DNA of 64,000 nucleotides from Eledone cirrhosa (GCA_964016885.1 OZ024743.1:71610001-71674000), one strand, 5' to 3'; shown: positions 1 to 16,252, numbered from the stretch's first letter. Translations and numbers: made by a program. Notes: generated from the letters alone by a model not told the origin.

Positions 1-219
1 AAATTAGTAATAAGTATTGGTTAGTATTCAGTTTTAGTTTTAAGTTTTTACCGGTTGCGCATTTCTAATGCTTTTCAAAAATAATTTTGAGATAGAGAGC
101 TCGTGAGCAAACATCACGAGCGCTCTATCTCAAAATTATTTTTGAAAAGCATTAGAAATGCGCAACCGGTAAAAACTTAAAACTAAAACTGAATACTAAC
201 CAATACTTATTACTAATTT
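1..219. repeat. Near-perfect inverted repeat (106-bp arms, 7-nt loop); may extend beyond window start
   Basis: 1-106 is the reverse complement of 114-219 with one mismatch seen; loop gcaaaca. Confidence 0.95.
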
Positions 220-322
220 ATACTTATTCCTAATTAAACTATTTTTCACTGGGAAAAATTTGTCAGCATTTTCTTTTCCTTTTTACTAATATATATATAT
301 ATATATATATGTATACATCATT

Positions 323-454
323 ATTTAATATAGCATTGTCTTCTACATGACTAGAACTGTTTCAGTCGTATGAAATCATAAGGAATGCGCATTCTTGATG
401 ATTTCATAGAGGTGAAACAGTTCTAGTCCCATAGAAGTCATTTCTATATTAAAT
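323..454. mobile_element. Fold-back PLE-like mini-element with degenerate hammerhead core (same family as 31300-31424)
   Basis: Imperfect inverted repeat between (TA)n tracts; tTGATGA...GAAAcagttctag on right arm; clear similarity to 31300-31424. Confidence 0.6.
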
Positions 455-555
455 AATACTAATGTATTCAGTACTTTTTAAACTTTTGTTATCCCCGATT
501 TCACTCGAGACCCTCTCTCTCCTCTCTGTATATATATATTATTTCATTGTTTTAA

Positions 556-660
<105 letters not shown>

Positions 661-1277
661 GGTATAAATATAATATATCTATATATACACAAAATTGAAA
701 TATAAATTCGACAGAATTTTACTTTTCAATAGTGTATCATAATTATAAGACAGTTGTATTATACATTTTTAAATTTACAAATGGATGAGAATATAACGTG
801 TTTGTCTTAAAGTATCACAAATAAATATATTGTTATGTTTAATCCGTAACGTGTATATGTTTGTATAATCGAAAACAATTAGAAAGAATATGACAATAGA
901 CTGAAAATTCGATCTATAAATTAAATTTCATTATTGTCGCAAAATATGGAACTTTGTAAACACAAAAGTTTTAGGTTAATAACGTATTAAGTTTCGCTGA
1001 GAAACAACAAAGGAGGGAGGTGTTATAAATCTCAAAATCACCGGCTATTATTAAGAATAAAATATCAATTTATGTCTGAATGAACGTAAGATAAAAGAGT
1101 AAAGTATGGAATCTGACAGGAAGTGAGAAAATGCCATGATAGCACGCAGAAGTTAAAACTATTTTGATGTAATTATAGAAAAGGTGGACAGTAAAATACT
1201 GACTAATAGATTTCAAATATTTTAGAGTTCTAAAAACCCCGTGTCAACAAAATAGAGAGTAACTGCTGCTCCTCCTC

Positions 1278-1322
<45 letters not shown>

Positions 1323-1609
1323 TTTATTCGCCCACCTATTCCTGAGAGGGTCACGGGGGCCGAACAGCAAGGAAGTTGATGACGCTTCAATAAGTTTCAA
1401 GTGTAAAAGCAAGCAACCCTGTATGTTTGAAAATGTGAAGAATCGTATGGAATCTATCAGTGGTTTGTGGAATGAAAATAGATCTAAGTCCAATCTCTAA
1501 AGTATATCTCAAACCATGAGGCTCGTCAGGCCGTGGCATGATGCGACTGAATGTACAAGAGCTTCCCATGGACAGAACGTCAGTCCAATGCAATATTAAG
1601 CCTCCAGCT

Positions 1610-1760
1610 ACTGCTGGTACTCATTTTCAGCTGGGTATACTAGAACAACGTAAAGTAAAAGGTTTTATTCAAGAACACAACGCATAAACCAGTCCAGGAA
1701 TCTAACCCATGACATTGTGATAGCAAGTCCAACACCGTTACCACTAAATCACGCATCTCC
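1610..1760 (-). mobile_element. Decayed tRNA-derived SINE, second family (related copy about 4385-4485)
   Basis: ttcaagaacacaacgca...ccaggaatctaaccc resembles cttgctcaaggacataacgca...ccaggaatcgaaatc at 4405-4450; reverse B-box-like motif. Confidence 0.55.
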
Positions 1761-2140
1761 ACAAATGAAGAGAGGACAACATTTTAAACTATTGTCTTAA
1801 ACAGCAAGATATCGTATAATATATGGGAAATATATAAACCTCAGCGGGATCGATTGATTCCGTACTAATATCGATATCTGTATAGACGTATCACAGAAGA
1901 GAATATATTCTATATGTAATATAATATCAGTATCTGTACTTTTGTAGAAGGCAATCGATTCGTCAAACAGGTGGGGATTGGTTCAATTATCGACCAGTAA
2001 CAATCGTTTATATTGAACATAATGTCGTGGCATATATTTTTTTAATTTCAAATCGAATTAAAAGTTTATAGATCTGGAGTAGTCTTAACCCCATTCATGA
2101 ATCGAGCTTCAATTTTGAAATAATATCTCGGAATATTTTA

Positions 2141-2545
2141 AATAATTGTTTCTACTTTTGGCACAAGGCCAGCAATTATTCCAGTACATTACTGGTACTT
2201 TATTTTATCGACTCCGTAAGGATGAAAGGCAAAGTTAACCTCGGCAGGATTTGAACTCAGAATGGCAAGGGCCGTAACTCTATACGCCAAAGCATAGCGT
2301 CCGACCCTCTACCGATACTACCAATTCACCGGAATATTTAAAATAATGCTTTCTGATTTAGGTACAAGGCCAACAATCTCTGGGGAAGGGAAGGTCGATT
2401 AAATTGATCATGGTACCTTATTTTATCCACCCCATAAGGATGAAAACAAAGCTAACCGTGACACGATTTGAACTGAGAACATAAAGAGCTGTAACTCTAT
2501 GCCACGTAGCATGGAATCCGCTTCTCTACAGATACTGCCAATCAA
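2141..2545 (-). mobile_element. Two adjacent copies of the dominant tRNA-derived SINE
   Basis: Reverse complement of A-box, B-box (gagttcaaatcc) and central gcctttcatccttacggggtcgataaaataaagtaccag; many copies in the window. Confidence 0.9.
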
Positions 2546-2695
2546 CTCATACACAAATACATACACACATATTTCTATTCCTGTATATATATATGTATGT
2601 GTGTGTGTATATATATATATATATATGTCTATGTATATATATGCATATAGATTATCATATATATATATGTATATATATGATATATCCCCAAGTAT

Positions 2696-2774
<79 letters not shown>

Positions 2775-2778
<4 letters not shown>

Positions 2779-2968
2779 AACAAGTAAGACCCCGACAGCT
2801 GAGCTCAAGCCGTTTCGACGGCTAATTCTGAGTCCAGAATTAGCCGTCGAAACGGCTTGAGCTCAGCTGTCGGTGTCTTACTTGTTCCTATTACCCACTC
2901 TACTACCCTAAGTATTGAGTACTTTGGTGCGTTATGGTCCACCTGGTTCCTTACCACATTTCCTTCGT
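2775..2968 (+). mobile_element. Family-A fold-back mini-element (hammerhead 3' half plus pLTR-like tail) inside (TA)n
   Basis: Arms 2775-2830/2835-2890; GAAAcggcttgagctcagctgTC; tail ends ccttcgt(TA)n; four more copies in the window. Confidence 0.8.
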
Positions 2969-2979
2969 TATATATATAT

Positions 2980-3013
<34 letters not shown>

Positions 3014-3029
3014 ATATACATATATATAC

Positions 3030-3062
<33 letters not shown>

Positions 3063-3080
3063 GATATATGTATATGTATA

Positions 3081-3195
<115 letters not shown>

Positions 3196-3331
3196 AGAAT
3201 ATTTTTGAAACAGCGAGTGGGTTTGAAATTATTAGAAATGTAAGCTATCGCCGTATTTTGACTAAAGAAGTTAAAGAAATTGTTTAGCCTGTTAAGAACC
3301 CTAGGAGAAATGGAAACAGATGAGTATTGAC

Positions 3332-3389
<58 letters not shown>

Positions 3390-3580
3390 ATACTTGGGAA
3401 GGGTCATATTTGTGTAATAATATTGCCAGAATTAATAACACCACACACTCACTGTTTGGTTGGTTTTCGTTTCTGTGTCTTTTATACCGGTTAATTTAAT
3501 TCATTCGGTCCTCAATGTTACCATTGACTGACCAACGGTCAAAAATACAGATACAATATAGACAATATATATCGAATATT

Positions 3581-3785
3581 AATAATTGTTTCTACTTTTG
3601 GCACAAGGCCAGCAATAACTAGTACATTACTGGACATTACTGGTACTTTATTTTATCGACCCTGTAAGGGTGAATGGCAAAGTTAACCTCGGTAGGATTT
3701 GAACTCACATCGTAATATTAATAATTGTTTCTACTTTTGGCACAAGGCCAGCAATTATCCCAGTGCATGTCTGGTACTTTATTTA
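3581..3785 (-). mobile_element. Truncated dominant-SINE fragments (2)
   Basis: aataattgtttctacttttggcacaaggccag tail at 3581 and 3720. Confidence 0.85.
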
Positions 3786-3947
3786 TTGTAATATTAATAA
3801 TAATATTCATTTGCAATTATGCAAACATACTCTTTAAGCCATGTCAGTAGAATGACCCCGACATTCTTGCTTTTGTGTTGGCATATAAACAGAACTGCGG
3901 ACACTAATGTTTCTTGGTGATTACTCTTCATCCGTATCTTATATGTG

Positions 3948-3990
<43 letters not shown>

Positions 3991-4639
3991 TTATATATAT
4001 ATATATATTCGGAGCAGACGATGAAATATTATACAGCAGAAGTATAACATTTAAGATATGGTTAATAAAGAATATCATTAAACTATACTTCAGTATTAAG
4101 TACTCATTCTCACCACATTCCCTAATATCACCCCCCCACCCCCACACACACACGCACACATATACACCCACATTCACACACACATACACACACACATACA
4201 CACCCAAATTCACACACACATACACACACACATACACACGCACACATCGACAATTAATCGACAAGATCCCAAACCTCATTCGCTTAACGAGTGGCTGGGG
4301 CCGTCAAATCGGACCGAGGAAACAAAGTTTCCATTGTTCTTTCAGATTGCTAGTATTATCTGTCGGTCACTAATCCAGACAGAAGGAGCAACATGAAATA
4401 AAGCATCTTGCTCAAGGACATAACGCATCGCCCGCTCCAGGAATCGAAATCACAACCTAATGATTGCGAATCCAATTCTCTAAACACACATACATGTATA
4501 AATATATAGACATATACGTATATATATATATTCTCACATAAATATATGTATATGTGTATATGTGTATATGTAGATATATATATATATATTTCCAATTCCA
4601 ACCCGCCCATCCCGTCAATCTATCTTATTCCTCATTCTT

Positions 4640-4675
4640 TCTTCTGATGAAGGACTAGCATCCGAAACGTTAAGA
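4640..4675 (+). ncRNA. Minimal type I hammerhead ribozyme motif
   Basis: tctt-CTGATGA-aGGActagcaTCC-GAAA-cg-TT-aaga: stem I tctt/aaga, stem II, palindromic ACGT helix III; homologous copies at 20432-20467 and 50771-50808. Confidence 0.8.
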
Positions 4676-4768
4676 CCATCTTCCTGCTGTATCGAGCGTT
4701 AACCTAATATATCCCTTTGTACCGATTGTGTTATTTTTTATTACCTTTTACACACACATACACACACA

Positions 4769-4843
<75 letters not shown>

Positions 4844-5057
4844 TATATATATATATATACTATATATATATATGTATGTATATATAGTATACATACATAT
4901 ATATAGTATACATACACATATATATATACTATATATATATATATATGTATGTATATATAGTATACATACATATATATATAGTATACATACACATACATAC
5001 ATACATATATATAGTATACATACATATATATAGTTTACATACATATACAGTATATAT

Positions 5058-5155
<98 letters not shown>

Positions 5156-5313
5156 ATACTTTGGGAGGGTCATGTTGCCAATAAGAAACACACGCACCAG
5201 TTGCTTTCACTTCAATTTATTATATATTTATAAATTTATAAATTTACAAATCTACAAACTTATAAATTTCTGGTTGGTTGGTTGGTTCCACAACCAGATA
5301 GTTGTTTATATAT

Positions 5314-5358
5314 AGTCATAGTCCTTTCGTCACACACTCTGTGATCTCTTCAGTGACT
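5314..5358 (-). ncRNA. Minimal type I hammerhead motif (left-arm copy)
   Basis: Reverse complement of 5476-5520 with one stem II substitution. Confidence 0.7.
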
Positions 5359-5475
5359 GGGGATTCCTTTCTTTGTTTCTGTGCCTTTCCTTTCTTCTGT
5401 CCTACGCCATTTTGTTTCTCAAAATGGCGTAGGACAGAAGAAAGGAAAGGCACAGAAACAAAGAAAGGAATCCCC

Positions 5476-5520
5476 AGTCACTGAAGAGGTCACAGAGTGT
5501 GTGACGAAAGGACTATGACT
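5476..5520 (+). ncRNA. Minimal type I hammerhead motif
   Basis: agtca-CTGAAGA-g-gtcaca(gagtg)tgtgac-GAAA-ggac-TA-tgact. Confidence 0.8.
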
Positions 5521-5740
5521 ATATATAAACAACTATCTGGTTGTGGAACCAACCAACCAACCAGAAATTTATAAGTTTGTAGATTTGTAAATTTATAAAT
5601 TTATAAATATATAATAAATTGAAGTGAAAGCAACTGGTGCGTGTGTTTCTTATTGGCAACATGACCCTCCCAAAGTATAACAATATCGGTTTCAACACAC
5701 GATTTCAGATAAAAAATCTTGCTAAACAAATTCAGAAACG

Positions 5741-5775
<35 letters not shown>

Positions 5776-6720
5776 TACTACATAATCATTTTTATAAAGG
5801 TGTATGTAATGCCAGCCCAGTCCTGGGACCGACTCTGCCTCTATATCCCTTCTCCACTTTTTCTTTCTTACTCTCTTTCTCTGGAAGAAATCAATTCTCC
5901 ATATTAAAAATTGCTTTTCGTCACAACTCTTACTTCACTTATTAATCAGAAAGTATTTTATCTGAAAAAATATTTATAATTTGAAAGAACTTTTCTTCGA
6001 ATAACCTTTCATAAAGATATTCTTACACTTAGTTACATCACCACTTTATTGTTTCTGTGGTTTTTACTTATCGACTTTGCGCAATTAAGAGGTAAAAAAT
6101 AAGTTTATTTAGAATACTTAGCTCCTGGACTAAATTATTTATTGACTATCCTCTACTGTATTCTGATCTTTCACATACGTCAAATACAATAACGTATGTT
6201 TCAATCTCAATAGATTCCATCCGTAAATTTCATTTAGATAATATAATTTTTAATAATACTGTGTATTGTTAGACATATCCTAAAGTAGTTAATGTTTTAG
6301 TCTAGTTATTACTTAATTATTATTTCTGGTGTTGTATATGTACAACTAAATTTAGTTCACTTTAAAATGAAACGTGTATAGAAATTATACTTAAAATAAC
6401 TCAATATTAACATATGAAACTATTTTCTCAGTCCACGGTAAAAACATCTAAATGTAAGGACTTTGTTTTAATATATAAACTATACACATCGAACCCACAT
6501 ACATACAGTGTTTGCCGACACGTATTTTAATATGTATCCTCTTCACAATATTTCACTCATCTTATATATTGAATAGAACCTTAATTCAGTCGTTCCTACA
6601 TTTTAGCTTTTGTCCTTCATCGATATTTCCACTCTAACCATTATATCTTATATGCTCAGTCTTCAATGTATTTTATATGTGAAATTTGGCGAAACATTGT
6701 ATTGTTTGCCACGTTACACA

Positions 6721-6801
<81 letters not shown>

Positions 6802-6984
6802 ACACATATATATATATGGAGTCTGTGATGTTTAGACAAGGGAGATCACTAATTTTTTTTAGTAGTAAATGAAAGGCTTGTTGAACACACAAGCCGAAAC
6901 CACTTGGTACCGCGGTCGGGATTTTACATTTCTCTCTCTCTCCCTCACACATACACAAACATATACACCCTCATACACACAAGC

Positions 6985-7015
<31 letters not shown>

Positions 7016-7795
7016 ATACGCATATGCACACATACAGTAGTGCATTCACACAAGGACGTAGCAGGTGCTATCATGAAAGTTTATTGATGTCAACATAAAG
7101 TTATATTAATGCGCACCATTCTTTCATATTATAACCACACCCAGTACGTTGATCAGTAGTGTGTGTTAAATATAGCTCTCGCCCGCTATTCAGAATTGAA
7201 AGCATATTAAAATAAAGGAATCCCTAGCAACATTTAGGTTTAGGGTAATTTAGAAGCCACCAGCCAGATGATGAATCATAATGCTCATTTTCATTTATTG
7301 ATCGTCTGCCATGTTGCGTATTTCGTTCTTTGTTAAATATGGTTTCCACCCATGAGGCATATAATCAATGCTATAGTCCTTGGTAAACTAAATATCTTTT
7401 GTGTATAGCAAATTACAGGTTTTGAAAAATTAGCAGCATTATTATGGCATTTATAATCTTCAGGCCCTTTTATTAACGCACTTGAGAAGTGAAGATGTCC
7501 AATACTGTATTCTATTTGACAAGTGAGAAATAATTTGTATATTTCAAAATTTATTTAGTGTTGCTTTAAGGGAATATATGAATTAAAACCAGAAACCATT
7601 TACTGCACATCAGGAAAATCTGACATCACTATTATATGTACAATATTTTCATATTCAAAATCTATCACATAGTACTCTGAACAGTGGTTTCACGAAGTAA
7701 CCAACATTCTAGAGTAGGAATGAGTTATTTATCTACATTGCATACAGATGTTCTAAAGGAAAGATTAGTTCTTATCCAGGCGACAACAAAATATT

Positions 7796-8001
7796 AGTTT
7801 CTAATTTAGGCACCAGGCCAACAATTTCGAGCGTGGGGTAAGTCGATTAAATCGACCCCTGTGCATTACTGATACTTTATGTTATTGACTCCGTATGGAT
7901 GAAAAGCAAATCTAACCTCGGAAGGATTTGAAATCAGAGCGTAACTCTATGTCATATAGCATGTTGTGCGACGCTTTGCCGATAGTGCCAATCCACCGCT
8001 C
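7796..8001 (-). mobile_element. Diverged dominant-SINE copy
   Basis: Central domain and head (gccaatccaccgc) recognisable. Confidence 0.8.
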
Positions 8002-8074
8002 TAGGCTACAACAATATATTGATAATTAATTCATTCAGAAAGTGGGGAGTTAATTTTTTACGAATTCCAAATCA

Positions 8075-8615
8075 TCATAATAATATATAAAAATGAAATT
8101 ATTGTGTACAGTGCTCAGGTGCGCTACAACTCATCAAAGGTGCATGTATAGTACATGGAATAATATACAAATGTCAGGGAAGTGAATAGTGTATGAATTA
8201 TGATATACATGTGTGTATGTGTATGGAGGGGGAATATTAGGTGTAGTGTTGGCGAATCTCAGGAAGCATGGAGGTTTTAAAGGACGCAGTGGCTCAGCAG
8301 CTAATTGATGCAGGTAGTTTGTTCAATAGAGGTTTTAAAGGATGCAGTGTCTCGACAGCTAATAACTGATGCAGGTAATTTGTTCCATGGAGGTTTTAAA
8401 GGATGCAGTGTCTCGACAGCTAATAACTGATGCAGGTATTTTCTTCCATGCTTCAGCAACTCTGAGCGTGAAAAAATGTTTCCGAAAGTCATGGGAGCTG
8501 TGCCGTTTTTTTACTTTGTTGGCATGCCCACGTATGTTAGACACATGAAAATCAAAAAGCTACTCAGGTTTGTTGTTGGCAATATGGTTAATAATTTTGT
8601 GGGTGTTTCCCAAGT
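8075..8615 (-). mobile_element. CR1/L2-type LINE 3' end with internal ~60-bp triplication
   Basis: Translation RGHANKVKKRHSSHDFRKHFFTLRVAEAW(N/K)KLPASVI matches the ORF2 C-terminal RGH..FF..RV...WN.LP motif; three ~60-bp units at 8267-8450. Confidence 0.85.
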
Positions 8616-10074
8616 CAGTAAAAGAGGTTTAATTTAACGAAGTGTAACTAAATACGAGTATTTTATCCGACGCTCTAACACTTCCACCAACCGTAGTGGA
8701 ATAACTATTTCAGTTAACGTCATTTAGTTAAATATTGACTTATTAATTGTCCCAATGCCATAGATGAGTGGTAGGTGAGTGGTTATAAAATTAAATAATT
8801 AAATCTACCATAATATTTCTGCTGACATATCAACAATGTAGGGTTAAATGATATTTGAAATAAATTCAATTTAAGGGGAAATTTGATACTATGAATTATT
8901 CCATTCGGTGATTTACAATTTCTGCCATTCTTACATTTGAATTTATCTATATACTTAGACTTATTTGCACTAAGTGGTGAAATGGCAGAGTCGTTAAAGT
9001 TTAAGAAAAATGCCTTTCGAACTTTGTTCCAACGGATTCTACAAGGTAGATTATCAGTCCAGCGTAGTGTACTGAAGGAATTGTTAGAGCTTTTAAGGAG
9101 ATGTTTTGCGATCATTTCTCAGGCTCATGTGTGATATGAACTTTTGGGTAGTAGACTTAACTTAACCCATCACCAGGTTTAACACCATTTGGTACTTGGA
9201 TGCACGTCTTTTCTTTATCCGACATGGTCCTATAGAATAGACTGTGTGAATTCATGTCACATGGTGTCACCTAGGAAGCAAGGTCATCTCAATTACAACA
9301 AATCACTAAATGTATTTGTTGTGCTAATTACAAAATCAGAATTTCCGAGGGACCTGGTGGTTACAAGGTGTACGCATCTACAAGTAATGTTATTCTGGAT
9401 CTCGCGATACGAACCATCTTTTTGGACCCAGAAAATAAATCTGTGGTTCTGGATATGACCAGCATTGAAGACCACGCATTCAGACCTATGGAACCGAATG
9501 CTTAGACTGGGAGAGGTTGGTTAGATTTCCAGAGGCGTCTAAAAGGCACTCGAGGAGTATCTTACTATTTAGTGCTAGTGGGAGTCTGGAATGGCACCGG
9601 AGAAGAGTGGAAATTAAAAAAACCCTCCAAACTCACGTAGATGTTTCTAACTATCTGATAGATACCGATTAAAGTTCCCGAATATACCAATGACTTATCT
9701 GCATATATGACCTCCCAGATATAAATATAAATAAACCTCAAAACAAAAAAGGAAATCCACACCAACACACATGTGAGAACTTACCATAGAGATTGTGTTA
9801 GAACAGACCACGATACTGCTCGCCAGACACACAGAGTGCAACGTAACGCACAGAAAGATACTATGAAGAACTACTTCTGTAAAACGGGACAAATTGCGTT
9901 CAACATTCTTAGGAGAGTCTTATGGTGTGATCAACTATCTGTTTTATCTTCAGCAACCTCCTATCTTCTCAGTCTCTCTTAAACTCCCATTCTAGTTTGT
10001 CCTTCTCAATTAGCATATAATCATTATATACGGAGTTTGTATATCTCGGTCATAAACTATCATCAAACAACAAT

Positions 10075-10635
10075 AGAATGGCTGTTGTGCAATATCGAAT
10101 GGCTTTAGATTGGGCAGCTTTCAACAAGAACAAGGAAGTACTAACATCAAAACGAGTTTCATATTATTTGAAGGCTAAGATCTTTGATACTTACATCCAA
10201 CCAGTTGTGTTATATGGTCTCGACTGTGTTAATTGGACGACAAGGTCACTTTAGAAGATCTCTACATTCCAGAACCACATCATGAGACTTATGACTGACA
10301 AGCGGCTCAGCGACCGTATCTGTATCAGTGAGCTGCTCAACATTACCAAACCTAGACCAATTACATCAATTGGCAAGTCCTCAAACTATGTACTCAAACT
10401 ATGCGGTCATATGAAAACATCAACTCGTAGTGTGAGTAGGTTAAGACTGGAAGGAAGGTTGGCTGGTAAGAGAAGCAAAGGCGGGCAGTCAAAACGATGG
10501 CTCGACAATATCAACTTATGGACTGGACTTGACCTTTGATTTTTGAACTCTGCTGTTGGTGATCGAACTTTGTGGAGAGAGATATCACATGTTAATGCGC
10601 AGACTGCAACTGGCGGAGTTTAGCGTCACAAGAAG
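10075..10635 (+). mobile_element. RTE-clade LINE 3' fragment (decayed)
   Basis: KAKIFDTYIQPVVLYGLDCVNW...GHMK...LEGRLAGKRSKGGQSKRWLDNI, typical RTE C-terminal region; contains stops. Confidence 0.85.
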
Positions 10636-10865
10636 AAAATGAATAAATATGTCATGTATGAGAAAATTACAGTAACGCGCATTATCACCTACTGTTTGAT
10701 ATTGTGGTTAAACTGCTTATATTGCGCATCTGTAATTATATGTTCTGACATACTTTGCAAATTATTTCCTCTTTTAATGTGTAATATATTTCTATATATC
10801 ATTAAATCTTGATTTTCTATATATATATATAAATATATATATATAAATATATCTATCTATCTATC

Positions 10866-11275
10866 TAGGGCGGGTAAAATTCCCGAGATCCATGGACGAG
10901 TTGTCTCCAGAGGTCTCTGTCCCTCATTATCACTGCCATGTCTTGCGTCTCCAGCAGACCAGGGCATCAACATACGTTAACCAGAGTGTCCATGCAGGAG
11001 CTCCTACAGGAGCACTGAGTGCAGTGTTAACTCTGGATGTCGGTGAGCATGTCCAGCTAACCTCAGTCTCCTCTGTGACCTTTGGGAGGCTCCCGTACAG
11101 CTCCGAGGTTTTCATCCTCAGTGTATACTGATTAATGTTCAGAGCCATCCTCAGCATTCTCGTGTAGCACCCATCCACCATCTGAGTGAGTTTCTTGGTC
11201 AGTGTCCAAGTCTCAGACCCGTACAGCAGCACAGACTCCACTACAGCAATGAAGAGGCAGTTTTTGGACTCTACA
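10866..11275 (-). mobile_element. RTE-clade LINE 3' fragment (same family as 40190-40380)
   Basis: VESVLLYGSETWTLTKKLTQMVDGCYTRMLRMALNI motif; nucleotide similarity to 40190-40315. Confidence 0.85.
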
Positions 11276-11285
11276 GCTATATATA

Positions 11286-13549
<2,264 letters not shown>

Positions 13550-13627
13550 ATTGTAGGGTTCCAAGAAAAATGCGTCCGTAGGCGGTATGCCGGTTGAGCA
13601 CTCGATGCTCGCGTAGAGCAGAGTATC

Positions 13628-13668
<41 letters not shown>

Positions 13669-14550
13669 TAATAATAATAATATATATACATATATATATA
13701 CATATATATTGATTGTCTAATAGTTTTCTCAGTATTCTCCGTACAAAGCTTCATGTTCGCAGGAACTTGAGTCTCATGTCTATCTGTAGAGCATAGTTAA
13801 ACTTCGTGTATCTAACATGTCTTAGATTCAGTTTAAAAGAAAGCAGTGATAATGTAACTGCTATCATCGTATAGAATCACCACCACCCCGACATCGTCAT
13901 CATCCATTATAACCTTTATCATCACCACCATCATGATCATCGTCCACGTTTCTTTTCGAGTGGTAGGAATCGATGAACAAGAAGCTTAACTTTCACTTGC
14001 TTTTCTACATTTCGCCATTACAATAATTACATGACTGACTGTGTTGGGGTCCCGTTAAGAAACCTAACATGTATTGGCAACGTTGTATTCTTTTCGCATA
14101 CGGGAATAGAATACATAATTAGGTTATTTATAGCATTACAACTTATATATGTTTGTATTGTGTGCAGTCTAGTAACAGACATTATATCATAGAAGTCAAT
14201 GAAGAGATATACGTCTTCGTTAATATCATATCGAATAAATATACAGAAGACTTGAAGAAAAGTGTTCAGAGTTGTAATAATGGATCCACGTCTAGAATTT
14301 CATGACACGGAACACACACAATTACATAATAACGTTAAGGACAGAATTGATATAAGTCTGAATTTGGTCCAGTCATTCATTCATGAATGTTTTGCTGAAA
14401 GTGAACTGTAAAGCTATGTGACCTTCATCAATAAGAAATATTGAAGACATTGATCACAAATTGTCACATTCTCAATGAAAATAATAATGTTGCATGACTG
14501 GACAGTATAACGAAACACTGAAACACGCACTCTATGAACTGAAGGTGGCA

Positions 14551-14624
<74 letters not shown>

Positions 14625-14653
14625 ATATATATATATATATATTCATATGGCAG

Positions 14654-14693
<40 letters not shown>

Positions 14694-14885
14694 TATACAC
14701 ACATATTATATAAATATATATACAAATATATAAATATATATATATACATACAGCCACACATATAATCATATATATATATATATTTAAAGGTTAAATAAGG
14801 TTCAATGAATAAATCAAAGAATGAGTTTTACAATATGACTGAATCTTAAGCATCTACTGTCAGGGTATGTCATGCATCATCTTAT

Positions 14886-14946
14886 TTTATCTGATGAGGA
14901 CGTACTGTTGAAGATAGCTCAGTACCTCTGAAATATGTATAATAAA
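14886..14946 (+). ncRNA. Minimal type I hammerhead motif (family D)
   Basis: tttat-CTGATGA-ggacgtactg(12 nt)cagtacctct-GAAA-tatgta-TA-ataaa; relatives at 41319-41376 (-) and about 17432-17480 (-, degenerate). Confidence 0.75.
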
Positions 14947-14989
14947 TATACTTGATCACACGAAGGCCTATTTTTGTTAATATTTTGAA

Positions 14990-15020
<31 letters not shown>

Positions 15021-15021
<1 letters not shown>

Positions 15022-15220
15022 ACGGAAGATATGTGGTAAGGAACCAGGTGGACCATAACGCACCAAAGTACTCAATACTTAGGGTAGTAGAGTGGGTAAT
15101 AGGAACAAGTAGGACCCCGACGGCTGAGCTCAAGCCGTTTCGACGGCTAATTTTGGACGGCGTCCAGAATTAGCCGTCGAGACGGCTTGAGCTCAGCCGT
15201 CGGGGTCCTACTCGTTCCTA
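15021..15220 (-). mobile_element. Family-A fold-back mini-element in (TA)n
   Basis: Reverse-oriented match to 2775-2968. Confidence 0.85.
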
Positions 15221-15250
15221 TATATATATATATATATATCTATATATATA

Positions 15251-15357
15251 TAATTGTTTCTACGTTAGGCACAAGGCCAGCAATTACCAGTGCATTACTG
15301 GTACTTTATTTTGTCGACCCCGTAATGATGAAAGGCAAAGTTAACCTTGGCGGGATT
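15251..15357 (-). mobile_element. Dominant-SINE 3' fragment
   Basis: Tail plus central domain. Confidence 0.85.
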
Positions 15358-15655
15358 TATAATATTATAAAGCTGAGTGTCGTGTGTATGTATGCATGTA
15401 TCCCACACACCTCTCTATAGTTTAACTGCTTTACTCTCTCTGTCGCGCTTCACTCTCAAATATTATAAAGTTGAGCGTCGTCTCTCTCTCTCCTCCCTCT
15501 TTCACCCTCTCTATAATTTAACTGCTTTACTCTCTGTCTCTCTTCACTCTCTATATGACAACCCTCTTTTACTTTCAGTTTTAATTGTATGCCTCTCTGT
15601 CTAACGGCCTATCACTCTTTTCCTCTCCCTCTGTTTTTCTGTCGTCGCTCGCATA

Positions 15656-15738
<83 letters not shown>

Positions 15739-15769
15739 AATACACATATTTTCTGTCGTCGCTCGCATA

Positions 15770-15805
<36 letters not shown>

Positions 15806-15918
15806 ACACATACACACACACATAATATAACATCAAAACAATACACACAGACACACACATGCACATACACACATGCACAAACACACATACACATACACAC
15901 ACACATATATGTATACTT

Positions 15919-15963
<45 letters not shown>

Positions 15964-16093
15964 GATCATTCCCCCTCTCTATAATTTAACTGCTTTACTC
16001 TGTCTGTCGCTCTTCACTCTCTATATGACAACACTGTTTTAGTTTCCGTATCTCCCTTCAATATATACACACACACATAGAGAGAGAGAGAGG

Positions 16094-16156
<63 letters not shown>

Positions 16157-16252
16157 AAGGACAATGTGATACGGGAGTGTGTGTGGTATCTTTGCAGTGG
16201 AGTGTTGGGGGCAGGTATACCTAGCCGGACGCCAGCCGGATGGGGCAGCTAG
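15356..16252 (+). mobile_element. Probable non-autonomous Helitron-like element
   Basis: 5' tttataatattataaag (TC start not intact); 3' ccgg(acgccag)ccgg hairpin then CTAG-T; internal repeats of ctctctataatttaactgctttactc and (CA)n, (TATG)n, (GA)n. Confidence 0.55.

Larger units (their letters stand above)
5148..5742. mobile_element. Large fold-back PLE pLTR-like element (267-bp arms, 5-nt loop) flanked by (TA)n
   Basis: 5148-5414 is the reverse complement of 5420-5686 (about one mismatch); right arm continues ~55 nt to (TA)n; hammerhead in both arms; same agtataacaa terminus at about 2690-2700 and 3386-3400. Confidence 0.9.
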
